From positions 1-64,000 of the forward strand of contig JALAGF010004801.1 of the NCBI GenBank assembly GCA_030167865.1: a stretch of 64,000 nucleotides of DNA, in the 5' to 3' direction. The notes beneath the pieces were generated by a model that was given only the letters and a program-made list of their open reading frames with translations, searched no databases and was not told the DNA's origin. Positions 47,512 through 58,699 of the stretch are shown in pieces. Origin of the DNA: Craspedostauros australis (lineage: Eukaryota). Position numbers and translations under genes: made by a program. Position 1 is the first letter of the stretch. Each line of letters begins with the position of its first letter.

Positions 47512-48813
47512 ATGGCATCCGCAGCAGCAGAGGACGGCACCTGCGCCGCCGCTTTGGCCGCCGCAACAGATGCCTCGTCCTCCTCGTCGTGGACGATGAT
47601 CTTGTTGGCCGTTCTGGCCATCCCGACGATCGTGTGGTTGCTGACGTACACCATCCCGCAGCTGATCATGGCCTTCCGCGCCGTGCCTGATCTGAAGAAG
47701 AAGTACGACGCCGAGTGGGCCTTGGTGACTGGTGGTGGCAGCGGCATCGGCAAATCGCTGGCGTTCAAGCTCGCCAGCCAGGGCCTCAACGTGGTCATCG
47801 TCTCGTTGGATGACGACTTCCTCAAGGAGACCATGAAGCAGCTCAAGGACAAGTACCCTGACCTCAAGTTCCGCAGCGTCGGGGTCAACTTCGCGCCCAA
47901 CACGGACTACATGAAGCCGATTCGCGAGGCGACCGATGACCTCCACATCCAATGCATCTTCAACAACGCGGGATTCCTCGTCACCGGATTCTTCGATCAG
48001 GCGCCCTTGCCCAAGCTCATGGTTAACATGGAATGCAACGCCACGGCAGCCTTCCAGATCACGCATCACTTTGTCGGCAAGCTGGTCTCCAAGAAGTCTC
48101 GCGGTTGCGTCGTCTTCACCTCCAGCGTGGCGGGCTACGTCCCCACTCCCTTCTCCTCCAGCTATGGTGCCACCAAGGCCTTCATCAGCCAGCTGGCATG
48201 CTGCTTGCATATTGAGCTCAAGTCGTTGGGCATCGATGTTTGCGCGGTCAACCCATCGCCGGTTGCCAGCAACTTCTACGCCAAGCTGGATCACAAGATC
48301 GATCTGCTCGAGAGTGCCAGGAAGCAGGCCGTGACGCCGGATGCCTTGCCAGATGAGATGTTCAAGAGCATCGGAATGTGCGCGCTGCGTGATGTCGGAG
48401 GTACGTGACCTTTGTGTTGACATCAGCAGCATCACAAGAGCAAGAACTTGATGATCTGCCTCTGGGGGTGTTTGCATTGAACGCTTCGTGGCGGGTGCGG
48501 AGTATTGTGATGTGTGTGCATGAATACCTGAGAGGCGAATTGCACCAGACTTACGTCCTACTCGTACTATTGCACTCGAGTGTACCGCCGATCTAACATC
48601 ATCACTCACCCATGGATTCCGAACCACAAATCTCAACTCTTTTCGCATCATATCTATTTTCAAAACACGCACGCGCATACTCGGACATCAGGCATGGCGC
48701 TCGGAACCAGGATGGGAACCTTCTTCATCGCCTACAACTTCTTTACGGGAATCTTCGCAGCGGCAGCTCCCTACCTTCCAGACTACAAGACCCACAGCAA
48801 GACGAGAAAGTAA
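47512..48813 (+). CDS. Membrane SDR, 3-ketoacyl-CoA reductase/17-beta-HSD-like; exons 47512-48400, 48692-48813
   Basis: N-terminal TM, WALVTGGGSGIG, NNAG, YGATK; G|GTACGT...catcag|GC in phase. Confidence 0.88.
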
Positions 48814-49077
48814 AGCAACATAAAAATTGATGCCAATTGAGCACGAGCAGGAATGCAGTCTGGTAGACTATACTTTGATGATAGAACGTCTTTGAGCTCG
48901 TACTCTGGAAGATTCCGTAGTGTAACAGCAACATTTGCAGGTACGGCTATTCCATTATTTCGTCACGAGGAGAGCAGGTACGAATAATACAATAGATCAA
49001 ACTTTGACGTCTCATGCGCCATTAGTTTTCTGCTGAGAAGCCTGAATGGGTTTGAGAAAAGCTCTCGTGTGTCACAT

Positions 49078-49743
49078 TCACATGGTGGATATGCCAATGT
49101 TCCGCTCATCTGTATCGATCATTCTTTGCATTCGGGCTTGCCATGCCTCCTCCTCCTTCCGCATCTGTTCGTAACGCTCATCGCGTTTCTTCTCCCAGTC
49201 CGCCCTGTCGACTCCTTCGCCCGCCCATGCTGGAAAGTCGTCGCCAAGCCACCTCGTCAGCACCGGAACACCGACATCCTTGCCTTGCGCTTGTCTTTCC
49301 ATCAGCTCCTTCAGCTTCTTCTTCAGCTTGCGCTCGCCGTCCACCCATCCACCGCTGCCTTGCGACATCATGGCTTCAGTCGCATCCATCTCTATCCTCC
49401 GGTTCATGCCAGCGCTTGCGCCACCATCCCCAGTCGCACCGTGGCCTTGATGCAGCCAGGTCTCCACGCGATGCTCCGCATCCACCGCCTTGCGTGCGTA
49501 CAGCTTGGCCTCATTCACAACTTCATGTTCCACCGTGGCCACTTGGTTGGGGAAGAGGTAGAAGGAGAGACCCGAAATGGACAGCGCCAATGCGATCAGT
49601 ATGTACGCCGGGTGCTTCAGAAAGTTGGCGGAACGCTTCCGTTTGCGGATCTGCGACGAGGCGGGACCCTGTGTGGTGCCGCCGGATGACAGCGACGAAA
49701 ATGACTGATTGTGCGAGGCCGCGGCGGTTCGTCTTTGCATCAT
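49078..49743 (-). CDS. Type II membrane protein of unknown function (221 aa)
   Basis: Basic N-tail, single TM (AYILIALALSISGLSFYLF), coiled-coil-like C-terminal part. Confidence 0.7.
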   Translation of the reverse strand: MMQRRTAAASHNQSFSSLSSGGTTQGPASSQIRKRKRSANFLKHPAYILIALALSISGLSFYLFPNQVATVEHEVVNEAKLYARKAVDAEHRVETWLHQGHGATGDGGASAGMNRRIEMDATEAMMSQGSGGWVDGERKLKKKLKELMERQAQGKDVGVPVLTRWLGDDFPAWAGEGVDRADWEKKRDERYEQMRKEEEAWQARMQRMIDTDERNIGISTM

Positions 49744-49782
49744 CTCTGCTTGTCGAGAGCTGTTGTTGTGTTATTGCGAAGG

Positions 49783-49837
49783 TGGATGTGAATGTGGATG
49801 TGGATGTGGATGTGAATGTGGATGTGAATGTGAATGT
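49783..49837. repeat. (RATGTG)n hexamer microsatellite
   Basis: About nine gatgtg/aatgtg units just upstream of the 221-aa gene. Confidence 0.9.
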
Positions 49838-50244
49838 TCAGATGGAACCAGTTTGGAAGTTGCTGGTCTTCCCCCTGCGAGGTTCCTTTGGTGCGATGCG
49901 TATGGTACTCTGTTCGATGTGTCGATCTACAACATGATGGAGAGACGACATGACATCGCGAGAACGACGGTCATTCTCTCGCCTTCTCTCTCTGTCGTGT
50001 TGTTTCAGCCCAAATCGCCGTTGTCGTTGTTGTTGTTCCTGTTGGTGTCGACTACTTCGAATGCTGGTTGTTGATTTTTTCCGCCAGAGCTTACTTACGG
50101 GAGACGAAACTAGACCACAACACATGCCAACACTCCGCAAGTTGCATGTTCGTTCTGCGCTGATGGCCGGATTTTTGTATCGTCCTAATACTGTAGACTC
50201 CTATTATATTACATTATCATATAATACTATCCGCAGTTAACTCC

Positions 50245-53200
50245 TCAATGGGTGCCGCTCTGACTGATGCTGTTTTCGTCGATGCTGCAGGGTGTCTCAC
50301 CTGGCGTATCCTGCAAATGGTGGAACATGGATTCGATCTCCTCCGCTTCACCGCCGTTCTTGTGGTGGTTGATGACGCTGCGGATGAAGTGCATCCTCCC
50401 GAGACCTGCTTGGGAATTGGACGTCGACGGCGGCGTTTCCTCGTCCCTTCGCATCCTGCGGTTCAGGATCGGCGTGCTGAACAGCTGCTGCCTCTGCATC
50501 TCGATATCCAGCTTGCGGTGGTTGTTCATGACGTTGCCGTCGTGGCGCTCGATGCAATCGGGATCGATGGCATCGAGTGCGTTGTCTTGCGAGAAGTGCT
50601 GCGTGAGGTGAGCGTTGTCGTTGATGAAGCTGTCGTGGGAGGCTTCGTCATCTTCCAATCGTCGCGCTTCTTCCTCTTCGTCCGTGTCTCCATCAAAATC
50701 ATCCGCGCCATCCACCCCTGCCTCTTGGTCCACGAATCGAGCGATCGCTGCCTGTCGCTTCCTGCGTCTTTGCAATTTTGCCTCCTCTTCAGAACCGCCG
50801 CCATCGTCATCATCGTCGTCATCATGATTAGTTTCACCACCGTTGTCGTCGTTGAAACGTACGCCCAGGGTCTCTTTGCATTTCCTATCGCCTCCATTGG
50901 ATGCTGTCGTTTTGGGATCTATCGATTTTGTCTTGCGCAACTTCTTCAACTTCGATCGTTCCTTCGTTCCATCGGTTCCACTCTCCCCACTGCTGGACTT
51001 TGCAGAATTTCCTCCATCTCTTCTGTTGCTGGGTTCTTGTTTCTGTATGGTTTGCAGTATGGATATTGTTGGCATCTCTTCGTTCGGATGGCAATCCATC
51101 CTCGTCGCGATGAAGGCATCAACATTCGTCACGTGCTTGGGACAGAACATGGCGACAGCAGCGACAGGTGCGTGCTCCATCGTGGTCATATCCAAGGGAT
51201 GCGATTTGTTGTTTTGCACGTTCTCCGCAGAATCGGTTTGAACACGAACCAACGACCAGCATCCCCGGGATGCATCATGCAACGCGCAGTGTGGGTGTGC
51301 TGCCACTTTACATGAATGGCACTGCGTGGCATCATACTCTGAGCACAGAACGCACTTTGTGGTCGGGTCGATGCAACGCCATGTGTTGCATGTCGTGTGT
51401 CTCCACATGCCGTTCATGGATCGCTTCATTGGCCCTGTGCTCAGTTTGCAGCTGGCACAGAGGAGCTCCGACGATCCCGGGCTTGATGGCTTGTAGCTGC
51501 ATTCGGCGCATTTCCAAATCTCATCCGATGATACATCAGCCTTGTCATTGTAGCATGACATGTGGAAACCAAGGTTGCACGTTCCATCACACAGGACAAT
51601 GGGATCAGAATCGGTCGAAGTCTTTTCAAAACAGACAGCGCAGCATATATCGTCGATGTCCAGCGATGTCATTGTGGATGGGGCGTGTGCCTGCCGGTTC
51701 TGCGGGAATATCCGGGGTGGAGTGTCCAGCAAAAATTGGCTGGGACCCATGCTACTGGGGTGTTGCGGACTGCCCAACTGAGATACAACATCATCGCTTG
51801 GCGTCTGTTTGGCGTCGCTGATCTGGGTGTCAAGAAGCAGTTGAGATGCTGCTGGGTGGCTCCGTCTCGATGGACTCTTCGTGGGGGTTGCGAATATGGA
51901 CATGCTGGATTGGCAGTCGTTTGTCTTGTCTGGTGTTTCATCGATGACCATGCGTCGCTTGGCAGGTCTCCTGACAACGACAATGCCCGAATCTTGTGAT
52001 GGCGATGGGTTGAATGGTGCCGGGGATAGACTTTGGTGTTGGCTTTGATGCTGGCTTGGACTTCCAAGATTCTCGTTTGCCTGAAGACCGACTGTCGACT
52101 TTGGCTTGCCGACTATTCCGTTGGGCACCAGCGGTGGTTTGCCAGGATCTGCCTGGGTTGTAAATGGCGAAGGCGACTCTGGAGGACTCTTGCTGTTGTT
52201 GCTGCTGTTGTTGTTGTTAATGTTGCCGCTACCGATGCTGGCGGCAGCATTTGGGTGAGAGATGGACGCGCAGTTGTTGCCGTCAATGTCGCCACAATCA
52301 TCAATACCACCGTTCTCGGCGTTGTCATCCCTTGCGATGCTACGCTCTTCTGCTAGCGCCGTCGTCGTTGGGTTATGCACCACCGTCGTTGGTGAATCTT
52401 CGAATGAGTCAGGCGGGTCCTTCCTCTTGATATCCTTTTTGTTTGGGCCATGGGATAGCAAGGAGATGATTGGTGGGTCGTAGTCTGCCTTGGCTCGCTT
52501 GGGTGAAACCAACGACATCAGAGTTTCTTCGTCTTCCGATTGCACGGGCGATGAACGCAGCAGACGCAGGTTCGTTCGTGCACTCGCAGACTGGCCTTTT
52601 TCTTCATCACGCTGTTTCTGTCTCTTCTGTTGCAGCTGTTTCGGTGTTGGTTTGTGCTTCGCCAACTTTTCCCGCAGCTCGATCAAAGGGAAATCGGGTT
52701 GGCTTAGATCGTTGGCGTCCTCGTAGACGGTGTCGTTTTGCATCGTAGGCGGGACCTGGTTGCTCACCTTCTTCTCTTCCTTTTCATGCTGAGCTTTGTC
52801 GGCGCCTTGCTCTATCATGGTGCCATTCGAATCATCGATTCCACCAGCATCCGATTGCGCCGTTGTTGCTACTATTGCTGTTGTTGGTGGTGGTGGGGCT
52901 GGTGACAGTGGCGACATTTCAGTGGGTTGGTTGGCGGCAATCGACAACACAATGCCATCGGTTTGGGAAGGCGATTCTTCGATTGGAAGTTGAATATTTT
53001 GGGGTGGCCCTCCATCCTTTCCACCATTAATCGCGCCTTCTCCATCGATGCCAAAGCTGGCATTGTGGTTGATGAAGCCATTTTCGTCGTTGTAGCTGTC
53101 TTCATCTTCGCCGTCGCTGCTGCTGCTGGACGAGGAGGCGACGGGGGCATCAAAGTAGATCCCCATCATTCCTTCATCAATGTTCATCTCATCCACATCA

Positions 53201-56200
53201 TGTTGATTCGATGGGACTTCAGCGTCTTCATTCGATTCTGCTTGATTTAGGGGTGATGCTTCGCTGGTGTTTGGGATGTCCTCGCTGCGCAGAATACTCA
53301 AACGACCTTCAGGCTCTAATGCTGGAACTTGTTCTGTGCGCGGTTGCTCTATCGATGTTGGAACGACTCCGTGCTGCTGTTCAACACCAGCACCGTCGCC
53401 ACCGCCATCGCCAATACCGGGACACTTATGCGTACCATCACGAACACCATTATCATGACCAGGACCTGCCCCCGCACTGTTTTCACGACGACTCTGGAGC
53501 CCAGTGTCGTGGTTGACTACTGGGATCACAGGGTCTGATATTTCGTCCGCATAATCGAATTCAGCATATCCGGACTGTGAAAGGCCTTCGTCCGGTGGAT
53601 CCGGTCGTTTGTCTTCCGCAGGCTTGTCGCTTGACTGACCCTGTGCGCGAGTTGTGTTCTGCGCCGTTTCCTGCACTTGCACTTGCACTTGCCTTACTTC
53701 CTTCGCCTGGATGGGTGCACTCGTAACAGATTCCTTTTGCGTCTGGTGTTGTCCAATTTCGTGTGCGGTAGTTGTTGTAGAAGAATCGTTGACATGAGCG
53801 TTAAGGACAGGTCCGTCTCTTGCACTGTCCGATGCTGAAGCGGTCTGATTATGTTGTCGGTGCTGCTGCCGATGCTGGCTTTTGTTTGCTTCGTGGTCTG
53901 TTTGGTGACTCGTACGATGAGCTTGTTCAGGTCGTGCATTTGACGGTGGTTGGTTGATCATCCGTACTTTCGTAGCTGCCGTGAGCTTTGACGTCGCATC
54001 TGCTGGTGTCAAGTCTTGTTCAGTTTGCGTGGTTGACGCTGAGAAAGCAGCAAGTTTGTTGGCTTCATTCAGCTTGTCTGCGCTCTCGATGTCATGACAA
54101 GGAAACGTGGAGAGCCATTCTTCCGCTCCTCTGTGTGAAATCCGCGGACGACCAGAAACTCTTCCGTGCGACCTCCTGCTCTTCGTCGAGGCGGCTGCTT
54201 GATCTCCCAACCCCGCGTCCACGAAGTTGCACGCAATCACAGCCTGCAACGCGATCATGGACGATCCTCTCGTTGGCATCTTCGCTGCACCACGATTGTC
54301 CAGATTGCAATCTGTCTTGCTGTCGGCATTCCCCATGGCAGTGCTTATTCGCAGGAAATGCCTGCGCAATGGATCCGGGAACATCGAGGCAGGGTCTGGC
54401 AACGGATTGTCTTCCTCTTGGCGCTGGGTGATTCCCAGCAAGAATCGACGCCGGAGCTGCGTGTCTTCATCCAACTTCCAGGGGCGCCGTCGATGCCGTC
54501 GACTTCCTGCGTTCCCATCCCCAACACCACCACCGCCACCACTTTTGCCCCTGCTGGAAGTCTTTCCAATACCGGCGACCTGCGAGAGCGGGTACGACTC
54601 GGGAATGCTGACTTGCAAATCGATGCGCTTTGGCAGCGGATTAAGGGGCAGTACGTTGGCTTTCGGAATCACCATCTTGAATTTAGCAGGCTGTTGCAAG
54701 GCCCGGCTCAGTCTCTTCTGGTCGTTGATCTGCTTGTGGTACGTTGTCTCCTCCAAACCTTTCGCAATCAGCGAAATCACACGCCCATCTCGTTTGCGCC
54801 CTGTCCGCCCGTTGCGTTGGATTGATCGGATGGGTGACCTCAGGATGTCGTAGTTGATTGTGAGATCGACATCGCCAATATCCAACCCCTCCTCGCCTAT
54901 GCAAGTGCATACGAGGACGTTGAAAGTACCTCGTCGAAATTCTGCCAACGCCTGCTGCTGTTCCGCCTGCTTCATTCCTCGCAAGGGGGTGCCGGATATC
55001 GTGAGCTGGCCCATTGCGGCTCCTTGAGCTGATCGTGGTGGCGGCTTTGCCTTCACCATACCCGTGGCGTAGGATGGTCGATACGTCTGCAACTTCGCAG
55101 TTGATGGCCCACCGACAGCCGAAGTGTCATTGGTTGTCGATGACGATGATGATGCTGCAGTTCCTGCTTCCGATTGACCCACGAAGTGACGCGGTCGGAG
55201 GTTGACATCGTCCAGGTTGCGCAACACCTTGGTGATTTCACCCACGGAGTCTCTTGAATGTGAAAAGACGATGGCCCGTGTTGATGCTTCTTTGCCGACT
55301 GCACGAGAACGTGCAAAGTGCTCCCGCAGCAAATCGACGAGCTTTTTCAGCTTGGGGGATTGCAGGATCCTGGCTTTGACGGGAGATTGGAACCTTCCGT
55401 TGGTGCTGGTGCTGGCTTCCGTCGACGTTGCTGCGGCGGAGGCGCTCAGGATCTTGTCCCACAGCTGCTTCCATTCATCGGATAGGATGATCTTCTTGAG
55501 CGAACCCAGCTTGGATGAAGCCTTGCCCTTGGAGTGCGCCAGCTGGTTGTACTCCATCATCTTCTGCCGCACCAGCCCGATCGATTGACGCGCGGATCCT
55601 CGCAACGACACCAGCTTCTGCAGGGTGAGGAAGTTGTGGATCATGCCATTGTTGGAGCTTGGTCGTTTCTTGTACTGCTCCATGAATCGGAACAGCGCGT
55701 TGGGGCTCAAGGCGACGATATCCATGGATTTGGGGAGGGCGCCAAAGCGCCGCAGATTGGCCAGAATTGGACCGATCAGGTCCATGTTGATGATGCGATC
55801 GATTTCTGATTGCAGCGCATTGGGCTCGACGATGACGACCTCGATGTGACGTTGGTGGACGTACTTTTCGACGGAGGGATCGTCTTCGGTCCGGGCAGCG
55901 AGCTGGGCGACGTGCAGGCGATCGATGATTTCCTGGATGGCCTTGATGGACGTGCCCGGCGTGGCGCTCAACCCAACGAGGCGGAAGTTGGATTCGCCAT
56001 CGCGTAAGGAGTGGACGACTTTCATGTAGGCGTAGTCACCGCGCGCCTTGTGCACTTCGTCAAGCACGAGGCAGACGATGCGCTTGGGACTGCAAATGCC
56101 TGACGCCAGATCATTCGCCAGCGTTTGCGGCGTGCCGTAGAGTATGCGCTTGGTTTGGTACCACCGAGAGCGTTCGGCAGGCGACGACTTGCCAGTGACG

Positions 56201-57849
56201 ACGGCGGTGTCATTCAGGGACAGACCTAGAATCTTGGAGCAGGCCTGTGCCTGTTGTGCGACGAGGGGCACAGTGGGAGCGAGGAATACGACGGTTCCTG
56301 TTGGGAACCAACGGTGGAAGTTGTATAGCACGACGGCGGCGATGAGCGTTTTGCCCAGTCCGGTGGGAAGGCTGACGAGCGTGTTGGACCACAACGCGGT
56401 TTCGGCCAGTTCCAGCTGGTAGTCTCGGACTGGGAAGTCGTCGTGCTTTGGGTATACCCACGTATTGATGGTTGCTGGATCGTACGGAATTGCGCCTTGT
56501 TCTGTTGGCAACTTGGATATCACATTGAGCATGGCCACGCGATGTCGTTTGGTCGGTGAATCAGGCACCCTCTTGGGCCTTGGTTTTGGCTTGGCTGCAG
56601 GCTTGCCATTCTTGGCTATACTGTTGTTGTCGTTGGTGGTAGTTGATAGAGCTTTTGGTGTTTTTGAATCGACAGTTTTGGATGGATGGGCGGTCGCGGG
56701 TGCCGTTGCAGATGATTGTCGATGGACGGAGGATGATTGGAAGCGTTGGAATGGATTGGTCGGTGCAGCTGTTGCGACTGGTGTAGGTGTTGTGGCCGTT
56801 ACGGCTGATCCCCGAGGCCGATCGGGTGACTTTCCAGCTGCGAACATTGCCATGTTTAACGATTGCGATGGCAACGGTGGTGCGACTCGTTTCGTTGCCG
56901 CAGGTTTCTTGTCGCTGCTGCTTGGTGGTGGTTTCTTTGCTTTGCTGGCGTATGGATTGCGAGCGAATGGCGTTCTGCTTTGTGATGGCGGCCTCTTGGC
57001 TGGCAAAGCAGCAGAGGCCGATACCCAGCTCGGACGGTACGACCCCATTGTCCGTACACGCCGCAACGGTTGATCTGGCGCGTGCACACTTGTGCTTGCG
57101 CTAGCGTCGTGATTGTGTTGGTCGGAGGCAGATTCCGCTGTGTTTGTTGCTGTCGCTGCTGCTCCTGCTGCGATCCCTGATGTTTGGCCAGTGTTTGTTT
57201 GAACTGCTGATGGATTGGCTTGTGAATCGCAAGCAGCAGCCATTCCCAATGCCTCTCTTGCCATCGTGAGGTTGATCGCATCATGGAGTGATCTTGTGGT
57301 GCTGCTTTTGTCTGGTGAAGTTTTGGAGTGTGCGCCCGTATTTGCGCCCTTACTTGCCCCCGTATTTGTGCTTGTATTTGTGCGAAGTTTCGAAGACGAG
57401 GTCGGCTTCAAGTATGGATTGGTTCTTGCTGGCTTTGATCTAGGCTGCTGCTGCTGTTGTTGCGCTGGCCCTGCGTTTGTGCTCGGCGCATTGCCCTTCG
57501 TGCCATTGCCGTCCGCATCATCCTCCAGGAGATTGACGACGTTGCCTTCATGCCGCGAACGCACGGGCTTCCCGAGCACAAAGTCGTGCATCTCCTGACG
57601 CGATGCTGTGCGCAGGGCATTGCACATGACGCATCGGTTGCCTGGGACGCTGTGTCGAAACGTGCATTCGTGGCAGCTCCACGCAATCAACGACGGCTTC
57701 TGGGAGCATGATGCGGACGATTGGGAAGACGCAACCGAATGGCTTGCACCATCCTGTCTGGGCCTCTTCGTCTGGCACTCGAACTGCTGGGATCTGGTGC
57801 TTCGTGCCGCTGCTGCGCTTGATCCCGTCGCCGCCGCGCGTCTCTTCAT
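50245..57849 (-). CDS. FANCM: FANCM/Mph1 helicase with N-terminal NZF and C-terminal PZP-like zinc fingers (2534 aa, single ORF)
   Basis: TWVYP..FPVRDYQ, LPTGLGKTLIAAVV, LAPTVPLVAQQ, DEVHKARG, GLSATPG, GMKQAEQ, GEEGLDIGDVD, QRNGRTGRKRDG; acidic FVDQEA/SFIND motifs; no ERCC4 domain seen. Confidence 0.92.
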   Translation of the reverse strand: MKRRAAATGSSAAAARSTRSQQFECQTKRPRQDGASHSVASSQSSASCSQKPSLIAWSCHECTFRHSVPGNRCVMCNALRTASRQEMHDFVLGKPVRSRHEGNVVNLLEDDADGNGTKGNAPSTNAGPAQQQQQQPRSKPARTNPYLKPTSSSKLRTNTSTNTGASKGANTGAHSKTSPDKSSTTRSLHDAINLTMAREALGMAAACDSQANPSAVQTNTGQTSGIAAGAAATATNTAESASDQHNHDASASTSVHAPDQPLRRVRTMGSYRPSWVSASAALPAKRPPSQSRTPFARNPYASKAKKPPPSSSDKKPAATKRVAPPLPSQSLNMAMFAAGKSPDRPRGSAVTATTPTPVATAAPTNPFQRFQSSSVHRQSSATAPATAHPSKTVDSKTPKALSTTTNDNNSIAKNGKPAAKPKPRPKRVPDSPTKRHRVAMLNVISKLPTEQGAIPYDPATINTWVYPKHDDFPVRDYQLELAETALWSNTLVSLPTGLGKTLIAAVVLYNFHRWFPTGTVVFLAPTVPLVAQQAQACSKILGLSLNDTAVVTGKSSPAERSRWYQTKRILYGTPQTLANDLASGICSPKRIVCLVLDEVHKARGDYAYMKVVHSLRDGESNFRLVGLSATPGTSIKAIQEIIDRLHVAQLAARTEDDPSVEKYVHQRHIEVVIVEPNALQSEIDRIINMDLIGPILANLRRFGALPKSMDIVALSPNALFRFMEQYKKRPSSNNGMIHNFLTLQKLVSLRGSARQSIGLVRQKMMEYNQLAHSKGKASSKLGSLKKIILSDEWKQLWDKILSASAAATSTEASTSTNGRFQSPVKARILQSPKLKKLVDLLREHFARSRAVGKEASTRAIVFSHSRDSVGEITKVLRNLDDVNLRPRHFVGQSEAGTAASSSSSTTNDTSAVGGPSTAKLQTYRPSYATGMVKAKPPPRSAQGAAMGQLTISGTPLRGMKQAEQQQALAEFRRGTFNVLVCTCIGEEGLDIGDVDLTINYDILRSPIRSIQRNGRTGRKRDGRVISLIAKGLEETTYHKQINDQKRLSRALQQPAKFKMVIPKANVLPLNPLPKRIDLQVSIPESYPLSQVAGIGKTSSRGKSGGGGGVGDGNAGSRRHRRRPWKLDEDTQLRRRFLLGITQRQEEDNPLPDPASMFPDPLRRHFLRISTAMGNADSKTDCNLDNRGAAKMPTRGSSMIALQAVIACNFVDAGLGDQAAASTKSRRSHGRVSGRPRISHRGAEEWLSTFPCHDIESADKLNEANKLAAFSASTTQTEQDLTPADATSKLTAATKVRMINQPPSNARPEQAHRTSHQTDHEANKSQHRQQHRQHNQTASASDSARDGPVLNAHVNDSSTTTTAHEIGQHQTQKESVTSAPIQAKEVRQVQVQVQETAQNTTRAQGQSSDKPAEDKRPDPPDEGLSQSGYAEFDYADEISDPVIPVVNHDTGLQSRRENSAGAGPGHDNGVRDGTHKCPGIGDGGGDGAGVEQQHGVVPTSIEQPRTEQVPALEPEGRLSILRSEDIPNTSEASPLNQAESNEDAEVPSNQHDVDEMNIDEGMMGIYFDAPVASSSSSSSDGEDEDSYNDENGFINHNASFGIDGEGAINGGKDGGPPQNIQLPIEESPSQTDGIVLSIAANQPTEMSPLSPAPPPPTTAIVATTAQSDAGGIDDSNGTMIEQGADKAQHEKEEKKVSNQVPPTMQNDTVYEDANDLSQPDFPLIELREKLAKHKPTPKQLQQKRQKQRDEEKGQSASARTNLRLLRSSPVQSEDEETLMSLVSPKRAKADYDPPIISLLSHGPNKKDIKRKDPPDSFEDSPTTVVHNPTTTALAEERSIARDDNAENGGIDDCGDIDGNNCASISHPNAAASIGSGNINNNNSSNNSKSPPESPSPFTTQADPGKPPLVPNGIVGKPKSTVGLQANENLGSPSQHQSQHQSLSPAPFNPSPSQDSGIVVVRRPAKRRMVIDETPDKTNDCQSSMSIFATPTKSPSRRSHPAASQLLLDTQISDAKQTPSDDVVSQLGSPQHPSSMGPSQFLLDTPPRIFPQNRQAHAPSTMTSLDIDDICCAVCFEKTSTDSDPIVLCDGTCNLGFHMSCYNDKADVSSDEIWKCAECSYKPSSPGSSELLCASCKLSTGPMKRSMNGMWRHTTCNTWRCIDPTTKCVLCSEYDATQCHSCKVAAHPHCALHDASRGCWSLVRVQTDSAENVQNNKSHPLDMTTMEHAPVAAVAMFCPKHVTNVDAFIATRMDCHPNEEMPTISILQTIQKQEPSNRRDGGNSAKSSSGESGTDGTKERSKLKKLRKTKSIDPKTTASNGGDRKCKETLGVRFNDDNGGETNHDDDDDDDGGGSEEEAKLQRRRKRQAAIARFVDQEAGVDGADDFDGDTDEEEEARRLEDDEASHDSFINDNAHLTQHFSQDNALDAIDPDCIERHDGNVMNNHRKLDIEMQRQQLFSTPILNRRMRRDEETPPSTSNSQAGLGRMHFIRSVINHHKNGGEAEEIESMFHHLQDTPGETPCSIDENSISQSGTH

Positions 57850-58699
57850 TTCCGACGCAGTGGCTGCGCTGCCTTCCTCGCCTTGGGATTCGCGTGGTTG
57901 GTATCGTCTCTCCCCAACACGCTGGTCTTCTTGCTCAGTTGTTCTTATTGTTGTCGTTGTCGTTGCCGTTGTTGTCCCTTTTGCTGATGTGTCTGCCTGT
58001 CCTCAATGATCCTTCACCACTTCCAACCGAAACATCCCGCGTTCCTTGCCTCCCACCAGCTCCTCCGACTGCCACAACACGACACAGTACAACACCCCTC
58101 TGGTGTTCGATTGGCTGGTACCAGCAGAGTACGGGATGACGAAGGAGTATGTGGGAGCATTCGTTGGGTTCGTGGTCAGTGTGGAAGCAAGTTTTGTGTC
58201 GTCTTGTTATTGTCAACGTGTGTTTGATTTTTGGCGCGACGTTCAGCGAGAGGTCTGTCCGCCTCCATTGCACTACGCATTCTAAGCTAGAGACAAGAAA
58301 CAGAAAAACTGGAGACTTCGCCAACGCACAACGAGTCCATTTGTCCTGCTCGTGGACACGTGGTGCTATCGGAACTATCATGCTGGCTGGCAGGAGCATT
58401 GTCCTTTGGTGTACGGATCATGGTGACTTATTGAACTTGGATTAGTTTGTACTTGTGCTCGCAAGCATAGTATGGAAATATATTTGTGAAGAGCGTGATG
58501 CTCACAGTATGGAAAATCACATGCATGAAGATGACACCCTGACTTCTCTCATCTCCCATGGAGTCCGGGGCTCGTCATCTTTCTCAATTTGGGTTGCCGA
58601 GGATCGCCTTGGCGGCTGGGGATACCTGCGCGTGAGCGCGGCAGTCCTCGCTGAAATGTTGGACGGATACTAGGGGACTGTGTGGTACGCTGACGACCT

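Noticed and set aside
47197-48678. 493-aa minus-strand ORF
   Set aside because: Antisense shadow of the SDR gene.
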